A model generated the notes under the pieces. That model was not told the DNA's origin, did not search any database, and was given only the letters and a program-made list of their open reading frames with translations. A stretch of DNA of 63,890 nucleotides, filler included, from Myxococcota bacterium (GTDB lineage: Bacteria > Myxococcota_C > UBA6777), in NCBI GenBank assembly GCA_023150835.1. It is 3 parts of 3 records of this genome, joined end to end, with 100 filler letters (N's around TTAATTAATTAA, not from the genome) between each part and the next. Parts side by side here need not be neighbours in the genome. Positions count along the whole stretch, not along the records: positions 51,941 to 63,890 come from JAKLKB010000167.1; 2 more parts are not named here. One strand, given 5' to 3'. Positions within the stretch are counted from its first letter, which is position 1. The number at the start of each line of letters is the position of its first letter. Positions 57,460 to 63,890 of this stretch are shown piece after piece. Both the position numbers and the translations under genes were made by a program.

Positions 57460-59172
57460 ATGTTTACGCTGCCATCTCTCTTTCCAGATCTCCCTCTCAA
57501 AGCTTCCACTTCGCCCTTGGCGTGGGACGATCTACCACAAATCCCCGAAAGTCGAACCCTCCAAGCAGCTCTCTCTCTGCACGGCTTCGATGACCCAAAA
57601 CTCGAACAGTGGACCCAAAAGCTCGCAGAGGCCGACCCCGATCATACGCATCTTCGCCGTTCCATCGCCCTTTTGACGGGACTCTCGTGCTTTGTCGACC
57701 AAGTCGACGAGACATGGCTGCTCTGTCTCCAAGCCCCCAAAGGTCGTGCCTTGCAGACGCATATCCTCCACGCCCAAGCAGACGCCGTGTTGCAAAATGA
57801 CACCCAAGACACGCTCGTCCTCCCCAGCTTCAAACCACCCCAAGCTCTCTGTGTCCATGATGACCTTGGGATCGGCCTTTTGCTCCAATGTGTAGACGGC
57901 GCTCTCCAATTCACGCCCATCGCTCGCACACAGCCACAACAGGTCCACACGCAAAAGCTCGATGCGTCCGTTCTTTTTGAAGCATTGCCAGAAATCCGCT
58001 CCACTGATCCACAGCTAGGACAATGGGTCGAAGAAAAAATCCAACAAGGAGACGATTGGTCCACAGCCGTTGCTGCGGGCATGATCGCACGTCTCCCTCA
58101 TCCTCCAAAAGGTGCTGCCGCTCGCCAGCTTCTTCAATCACTCTTACAGGGCACTCCGCCTCCGCCTGCCTCGTGGCAGCTTTTCGTCCAAAGCTGGACA
58201 GACCCACAGATCCGATGGATTCAAGCTCTTTTCCAAACCAAGCTCGCTTCCCTCGCCGAAGAAATCGACCGCTTGATGCTGGCCGACTTCGAGGAATACA
58301 CCGATGAATCCGAAGCTTCCGACCGCGATGTACCTGTGGACTTGCAAGAACCCCACTCGATCCACCAAACGACCCAAGCATCCGCCTCTTCCGTTCCTGA
58401 TGATAAAGAGGGTTCGCCGCTCTCGAACAACGATGCTCTCGATCTGTTGCTGCGCCGCGACGAACTCGCAAGTGTCAGTCTTCTTTTACGCGCTCGCGAA
58501 TCTTTCTCAACATTTTCCGAGCCTCTCGATCTTCTCGATCAAACAGGCTCCGCATGGGTCCATAGCCTAGACATGACCTCCGATATCTCGCAACATCCGA
58601 TGCTTCAGCGCATCCTCCAACACGACCCCACTGCATGGTGGGCCTATCCCGCCGCCACTCGCATCCTCCCCGATATATCGGCTCTCTTGCCCCAAAAACA
58701 GATCACCATTCCCTCCGTCACTCGATCAGCCCGTACTCCCAAAAAACACCCAAAACAAACCACCCCTCTCACCCCTTCTCCGTTGCTGCTCGACCCCGAC
58801 GTTCTCACCCCTGATCTTGCCCGCCTCTACTGCATCCCCGTCGCGGCCCCCTCCCTAACGCAACGCTATCTCGCACCCCACGCACGCTCCGCTCCTCCCG
58901 CGATTTTCTCTGATTCTATCGCCTACAACAAGTCGCAGGAACTCACCCTCCAATCGACACCACACCCCCGCCTCTTTGTGTTCGAAAGCTTCTCCCCAAA
59001 ACTCAAGAGTTCCGAGATCATGCGCCTCTTCTTCGCAAAACAGATGCTCTACGAAGGCCCCCCACAAGAACGCCTTCTTCTCGACTGTTCCTCATGGCAA
59101 ATCGACTCCGCTGGATCGTTGAACCTCGATATCTTTTGCAACGCCCTCCGCGTCGAATGGAGCACCTCATGA
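57460..59172 (+). CDS. Large protein in the CalpT (anti-sigma / protease target) position
   Basis: Between sigma and Lon-SAVED, ATGA-coupled to the latter; Pro-rich linker then small beta-rich C-domain. Confidence 0.55.
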   Translation: MFTLPSLFPDLPLKASTSPLAWDDLPQIPESRTLQAALSLHGFDDPKLEQWTQKLAEADPDHTHLRRSIALLTGLSCFVDQVDETWLLCLQAPKGRALQTHILHAQADAVLQNDTQDTLVLPSFKPPQALCVHDDLGIGLLLQCVDGALQFTPIARTQPQQVHTQKLDASVLFEALPEIRSTDPQLGQWVEEKIQQGDDWSTAVAAGMIARLPHPPKGAAARQLLQSLLQGTPPPPASWQLFVQSWTDPQIRWIQALFQTKLASLAEEIDRLMLADFEEYTDESEASDRDVPVDLQEPHSIHQTTQASASSVPDDKEGSPLSNNDALDLLLRRDELASVSLLLRARESFSTFSEPLDLLDQTGSAWVHSLDMTSDISQHPMLQRILQHDPTAWWAYPAATRILPDISALLPQKQITIPSVTRSARTPKKHPKQTTPLTPSPLLLDPDVLTPDLARLYCIPVAAPSLTQRYLAPHARSAPPAIFSDSIAYNKSQELTLQSTPHPRLFVFESFSPKLKSSEIMRLFFAKQMLYEGPPQERLLLDCSSWQIDSAGSLNLDIFCNALRVEWSTS

Positions 59173-60716
59173 TCCTGCACATCATCAAACGCTACCGCGA
59201 AACCCAACGCCCCGATCTTCTCGACCAGATACTCGCCACTCTCCGAGAACCTTGCTCGATAAAAGATTTATGCGAAATATTCGCTTTATTCTCAGAACAA
59301 GATATTTATCAAGAGCAGCTTTTTTTTGCTTTATTTCTCCATCTCCGACAATTTTCTTTGCATTACCCCCCCCCACAACTCGCCGAACTTTGCGGCCTCG
59401 ATACGCCCTTTGCGTCACAGATCTTTTCTTCTCCTCCCTCCATTCTCCGAAAGATCACTTTCCCTATCGCCAACGAACAACAAGCCGACCTCTGCACCGC
59501 CTACATCATCCCGCTCCAAGACGACGGACCATCCGTCTTGTGGGGGCCTGTCTCCACACACACCACCTTACAAAAACGCGACCAAGACCTCCAGCGCATC
59601 CAAACCGCCACCCAAAAACGCTTTTTCGTAGCTTTCGACAAAGACTTCACAGATCGCTCTTTTATGCTCGCCCTCGCTGCGGCTTTGTTGCTAGACCGAC
59701 CCGATCAATGGGACCCATTCGCTTTTTCCGGTGAGATCGACCACGCAGGCCATATCCTCGACGTTGGCTACATGGAAGCCAAACAAGCCGTCTGCAAAAA
59801 ACACCACAAAAAACTCCTCTCCGCCCAAATCTTCCAACACCTCGACGAGATCCGCTTCTGGCTCTCGGGTTCCCCTCTCCCTCTTCCCTCCCTCTTCTTA
59901 GCCAAGTCCCTTTCCCACGGGCAAAACGCCCTTCAAACCATCGAAAAGACGATCCAACGAAGATATCCTTTCTTTCGGATCGATACGCTTTGCGCTCTCT
60001 TTGGCTTTCAACGCCAAGACTTCTTGCTCTGCCACGAAGACCGCCTCCCCGACGATCCCGAATATTGGAAGCGCTATCTACAAAACGGCGTGCGTCTGCA
60101 CTTTGAACGCCTACTTTATACGGCTCCTGATCACTCGTTTGTCTTGCACGCCGCGTCTTCCATTATCGCTCTTACTGTAGGCATCGGCTCCCTGCTTGGC
60201 GCAAAACGACCGATCGTCCTCTACCACTTCCAAAACAACGACTACTACCCCGTCATCGACCTTTCACAAAACAACATCCGCGAACTCAAAGCCATCCTCC
60301 CCGAAACATCGGATGAATCACGCCTCCTTTGCATCCAGCCACAAGCCGACGGCCCAAAGCACATCGTCGGGATCTACCTCGCAAGCCACGATCCCTTCGG
60401 TGCTTGCAATACCATGCTGCAACAATACGGAGACGGATGGGGTTTCACCTTTCTCTCCCCTCCCCAACATCAAGGAAATCTCCCACTCTCCGCCGATTGG
60501 CTCCCTTATGTCCGCGAGATCTACTCATTTCTCAACCGCCTCAGCCGCTCAAGCGTAAGTGAAATGCACCTTGTCCTCAGTGTTCCTATCCCCATCTCCT
60601 ACGCTTTGGGCATGGCCTGTGGGCATTTTTTTCATGCCTATGTCTATAATTTTAACCCGACAACCAAAGAATACACCCGCGTCCTCGCCCTCCACGAACA
60701 CCCCAGCCCCTTTTAA
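59169..60716 (+). CDS. calpL: Lon protease-SAVED fusion (CalpL-like type III CRISPR effector)
   Basis: Lon dyad FTDRSFMLALAAA and FSGEID...VGYMEAK; SAVED-like LGAKRPIVLYHF and HLVLSVPIPISYALG...VYNF. Confidence 0.82.
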   Translation: MILHIIKRYRETQRPDLLDQILATLREPCSIKDLCEIFALFSEQDIYQEQLFFALFLHLRQFSLHYPPPQLAELCGLDTPFASQIFSSPPSILRKITFPIANEQQADLCTAYIIPLQDDGPSVLWGPVSTHTTLQKRDQDLQRIQTATQKRFFVAFDKDFTDRSFMLALAAALLLDRPDQWDPFAFSGEIDHAGHILDVGYMEAKQAVCKKHHKKLLSAQIFQHLDEIRFWLSGSPLPLPSLFLAKSLSHGQNALQTIEKTIQRRYPFFRIDTLCALFGFQRQDFLLCHEDRLPDDPEYWKRYLQNGVRLHFERLLYTAPDHSFVLHAASSIIALTVGIGSLLGAKRPIVLYHFQNNDYYPVIDLSQNNIRELKAILPETSDESRLLCIQPQADGPKHIVGIYLASHDPFGACNTMLQQYGDGWGFTFLSPPQHQGNLPLSADWLPYVREIYSFLNRLSRSSVSEMHLVLSVPIPISYALGMACGHFFHAYVYNFNPTTKEYTRVLALHEHPSPF

Positions 60717-60730
60717 CTTCATAGCGACTT

Positions 60731-61055
60731 ATACGAAATCCGCCCATTGTGTGATCGTAAAACGTAGGGGCAGACAGGTGTGGCTGCCCAACCGTAGGGC
60801 ATCTACGCACTATCCTTCGATCACACATCTTGCGGATATCGTATTATGCAATTCGGTAGATATGTGGGGCATTGCCCCTCGCCCCACAAAGCGTGATGGC
60901 CCCCTTGACCCCGTATTGGCGAAAAGACCTATCGTTTTCCGCCCAACAACTCTGTCGCTTGATGCCGCACGAACACGGCTTTTTTTTCAACTTTTTATAC
61001 GAAATCTGCTCGTTGTGTGATAAGAATATGTAGGGGCAGCCCCCTGTGGCTGCCC
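60731..61055 (+). repeat. Cluster of GTAG-type REP-like repeats
   Basis: atacgaratcygcycrttgtgtgat...gtaggggcag at 60731 and 60997 (also 25599); GTGGGG-type unit at 60864. Confidence 0.75.
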
Positions 61056-61159
61056 AACAACAGGACCGCGACAGCAAACCGTGGCGACGTTTCGCATACA
61101 CCTCTCTCGGATATCGGGCGATCTGTGTTTTCGTGTTGGTGCGAGACTTCCCGACAGCC

Positions 61160-62278
61160 TCAATGTAGCCCTTCGCCAAGCTCCAATAGCACGATCTGAG
61201 AGCCCAAGTCTTGACAAAACACTCTTTCCGCAGAACCGTCCGCCCACGCATCAAACTCATGCGTCGCGGGTGGACGTGGGTTGCCTTGGAGCGATTTGTA
61301 GTCCAAACGCCGAATCGATCTCTGACGATTTCCGTAAACATAACGCGCCAGATCGTCTATGCGCTCGTTCAACATCACCCTGCGATCTTCCGCCAAGCCT
61401 CTTGTACTTCTAAGAAAATGAGATCCAAAGACGATCGTTTCGAGCGGAGCAGCAAAAACCTCCGTCCGATAAATGGTTTTTTTCGTCTCGTTCCACACCA
61501 ATTGGCCCCACGCTGAAAGCGTTGCGTCATCGCCTACAAACAACAACAACGTTTCCGCGATGCCCTCACAAGACTCTCGCGGATACTGGCCAAATGCCGA
61601 CAAGCAGCGAAATGCGTTCAGATGTTCCCGAACATGATGCTCAAAATCCAACCGCACAGGCAGCTTCGGGAGTCGCAAAAGTTCTTGCCCTGATTCGAAA
61701 ATGTAGATGCTCTCGTCCGCATAAAACATCGCCAAACTTTGCAAAAATCCTTGAATACTTTTGAATCCACCCGTCAAATTAAACAAGATCCGATAACCAT
61801 TTTCCCGATAAGCCACCAATTCCGTTGCGCACCATTGCGCAAGATCCGCCATCCCTGCCTGAAATCCTTCGAGGCTGTCTGTGCGCAAACCACCGATATC
61901 TTCTTTGAACACCACTTGATGCCCTTGCGCCTCAAGCCAAGCCGCCACCACTCGCGCTGATTGCCGACCCAGCCATGTATCCGTGCATAGCAAACAATGG
62001 ATATCTGGACGGCCTTTGCGACCTGCGACTTTTTCCTCTTCAAGCCTGTTGAGCGCGTTTAATTCCGCACTCAAGCGGCAAGCATCCCCAACAGTCGCTT
62101 CCCGAAATCTCTCCCGCCGCTTTTCGATATGTTCCTCCAATCTCCCTCGCACCTCCTCAGATATCTCTTCGCCTGATCTCGCATTGGCATTCGCAAAAAT
62201 CGCCGAGCGCAATTCATTGGAGACATCATTCGTCAAAGAACTCGTCCCACACGGTGAAAGAATAAACTTTGCAAACAT
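61160..62278 (-). CDS. cami1: CARF (APE2256-type)-wHTH-RelE protein (Cami1-like)
   Basis: SPCGTS, LSAELNAL, TDT, NLTGGFK, YIFE; RelE-like tail DYKSLQG...HEFDAW...ERVFC...GLH. Confidence 0.8.
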   Translation of the reverse strand: MFAKFILSPCGTSSLTNDVSNELRSAIFANANARSGEEISEEVRGRLEEHIEKRRERFREATVGDACRLSAELNALNRLEEEKVAGRKGRPDIHCLLCTDTWLGRQSARVVAAWLEAQGHQVVFKEDIGGLRTDSLEGFQAGMADLAQWCATELVAYRENGYRILFNLTGGFKSIQGFLQSLAMFYADESIYIFESGQELLRLPKLPVRLDFEHHVREHLNAFRCLSAFGQYPRESCEGIAETLLLFVGDDATLSAWGQLVWNETKKTIYRTEVFAAPLETIVFGSHFLRSTRGLAEDRRVMLNERIDDLARYVYGNRQRSIRRLDYKSLQGNPRPPATHEFDAWADGSAERVFCQDLGSQIVLLELGEGLH

Positions 62279-62354
62279 TTTCCTCTCCTTTTCTTCTTCT
62301 TTGTTTCAGTCTTCTTTTGTTTTCTGCTTGGGCGGACGTATTTGGGTTTGATCG

Positions 62355-62480
62355 GTGGGGTTCCACACCACGCCCCGCAAGGGAGCAAAGCCCCCTTGAC
62401 CCCGTATTGGCGGGACAATCCGACGTGTTTCAAATCAACAGCTCTGCCGCTTGAACTTCCTCGAACTCGGGGTTCTTGTC
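62355..62480 (+). repeat. REP-like repeat, direct copy of 60864-60985
   Basis: Shared gcccccttgaccccgtattggcg (60899-60921, 62390-62412) and similar flanks. Confidence 0.8.
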
Positions 62481-62515
62481 AACCACGCAAATCCGACGGC
62501 TTATCAAAAAGAGCC

Positions 62516-63322
62516 TTACCCGCGCTCAGCCGCCGCCGATGTTTGCTGGTTTTCTCTCGGCCTTTTTTGTACACGCCATATCAGCGTCGGTCCATAACGA
62601 TGCCCCGCAAGGCCCTCACAATCAAACGAGCATCCATACGCACGAAAAGACTGGACTCTCGCCAACAATGCCTCGTCGCTTTCTCTTTCGCTTCCGTACC
62701 TCAGTCGATACCGAATGAATTCTTCGCGATTTTTGTAAGAATCGCTATTCGATCCATCCGTCACCAAAAGACCCCCATCCACCAGCTTATTCAACACTTG
62801 GTAGATCTTCGGTGGCTTCAACCAACCGATCCCGCTGCCTCCTTCACCCCAGCTATCCCCCCGATAAAAAAACACATCCACAGCCTCCAAATGATGACGA
62901 AAAGTGTACTCTCCCAGCCCTTTTTTGCGGATCACTTTGATCTTTCGGCCTGTTTCAACGTGTTGATAGATCTGCTCCAACCAGCGAGGCGAAAAACGCC
63001 GACGCATCTGTCCTCGAAACATATACTCCGATCGAGCTTCCACTCTCTTCTCCACCGAACGGATCAGCCGCATCTTGAGATGCTCCGCCATCCATCGCTC
63101 AAATCCTCCCTCAATCCCCGGCACCGTCCCACGATCCACAAACCAAAACACCTCGCAATCATCCACAAAATACCGCATCGGATCGGCCAGATCATGCCCA
63201 CAACACGGGTAGTACAACAACTTTGGCCGCTCCCTCTCGCTTGTTCGCGCTGTCCCTCCTTGCACGCTCTCGCCCCCCACTTCGCTCCCATCAACCGTCC
63301 GATGATTCGACTGATTTGGCAT
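62516..63322 (-). CDS. Conserved hypothetical protein, possibly Rossmann-like
   Basis: LYYPCCGHD, FWFVD, VFFYRGDSWGEGGSG, GGLLVTDGSN; start uncertain. Confidence 0.65.
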   Translation of the reverse strand: MPNQSNHRTVDGSEVGGESVQGGTARTSERERPKLLYYPCCGHDLADPMRYFVDDCEVFWFVDRGTVPGIEGGFERWMAEHLKMRLIRSVEKRVEARSEYMFRGQMRRRFSPRWLEQIYQHVETGRKIKVIRKKGLGEYTFRHHLEAVDVFFYRGDSWGEGGSGIGWLKPPKIYQVLNKLVDGGLLVTDGSNSDSYKNREEFIRYRLRYGSERESDEALLARVQSFRAYGCSFDCEGLAGHRYGPTLIWRVQKRPRENQQTSAAAERG

Positions 63323-63470
63323 GGCTCTCGCCCTTTCTCACGCAACGCGCTCTTTCTTGGCCGCGACTCTTCCGCTCACCAACAAGCGCCGCTCCTCCCC
63401 TCTAAACGCTCTCGCTCTCCCGTCTCTGACAAATTTTTCTGCCGCGCCCCTTTCTCCCCCAAAAAAACAC

Positions 63471-63757
63471 CTAGCCCTCTTGGACCAAGTTCAAAAATGT
63501 GTCGTAAAGTTCGGAGCTTAAACGAAAACCAGATCGTTGAACAAGCTCGTCTAATAACGGTTTTGCCAAAGGAACAAAGCCCTTGTGTTTTGCTTCGATC
63601 AATATGCCCAACACCCCGATCACATTCAAATTACATCGTTTCGCAACCTGTCTTCCCCGCCTTTCATCCATCAACAAAAGTCCCGCGTTTAATTCTGTGG
63701 CGAGAACGATCGCTTCCGCTTCGCCTCTGTCCAATTCTCCTTCGAGTGCTCTTACTG
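63471..63757 (-). pseudogene. DUF3368/PIN-domain protein, 5' part missing
   Basis: [12 protein letters not shown]...LMDERRGR...[10 protein letters not shown]; frame closed at about 63760 by foreign sequence. Confidence 0.8.
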
Positions 63758-63890
63758 GTTAGCCCGTAAAGCCCAAGAGCTTTAGCCTTGGGATATAAGG
63801 GGTTTATACGCTTTAGCGGCTTTAGCCCATGTTCAGGGTTGACAAATCGAAGTTCATTGCCTAGTCTACCTCGAACAATACGTGACAGTC
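63758..63890. mobile_element. Probable IS200/IS605-superfamily element end
   Basis: Subterminal hairpin cccaag-agctttagc-cttggg, repeated gctttagc; interrupts the PIN gene. Confidence 0.5.

Overview
The window is three contigs joined by artificial N-TTAATTAATTAA-N spacers (25882-25981, 51841-51940), so adjacency across the gaps is not proven. Gene content points to a Myxococcota-like bacterium (inference). Contig 1 (1-25881) holds housekeeping and signalling genes: Ser/Thr kinase-PEGA, substrate-binding protein, folE, a dnaK paralog, mgtE, FHA-GGDEF and sppA. It also has a secreted peptide with mirror-symmetric 14-Cys spacing, a matrixin-like protein lacking its zinc ligands, a two-gene cassette flanked by direct repeats, a collapsed Dcm/NotI-like R-M remnant, and a HEPN-like + KGGVGR ParA-like + P-loop ATPase operon. 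Contig 2 (25982-51840) is an integrated element: tyrosine integrase/excisionase, a lambda-like cI/cro switch with four visible operators, a TOPRIM-DUF3987 primase-helicase with an internal iteron-like array, and UvrD-nuclease + Type III R-M cargo with IS1. Its nine-gene late operon has no tail, portal or terminase; three products look like single jelly-roll capsid proteins, suggesting a tailless membrane-containing provirus. Contig 3 (51941-63890) is a CRISPR ancillary island with no array or cas10 in view: cas3, DUF3800-like, ECF sigma + oversized CalpT-position protein + Lon-SAVED (CalpL-like), CARF-RelE (Cami1-like), and a PIN toxin cut by an IS200/IS605-like end. All family calls come from motif reading, not database searches.
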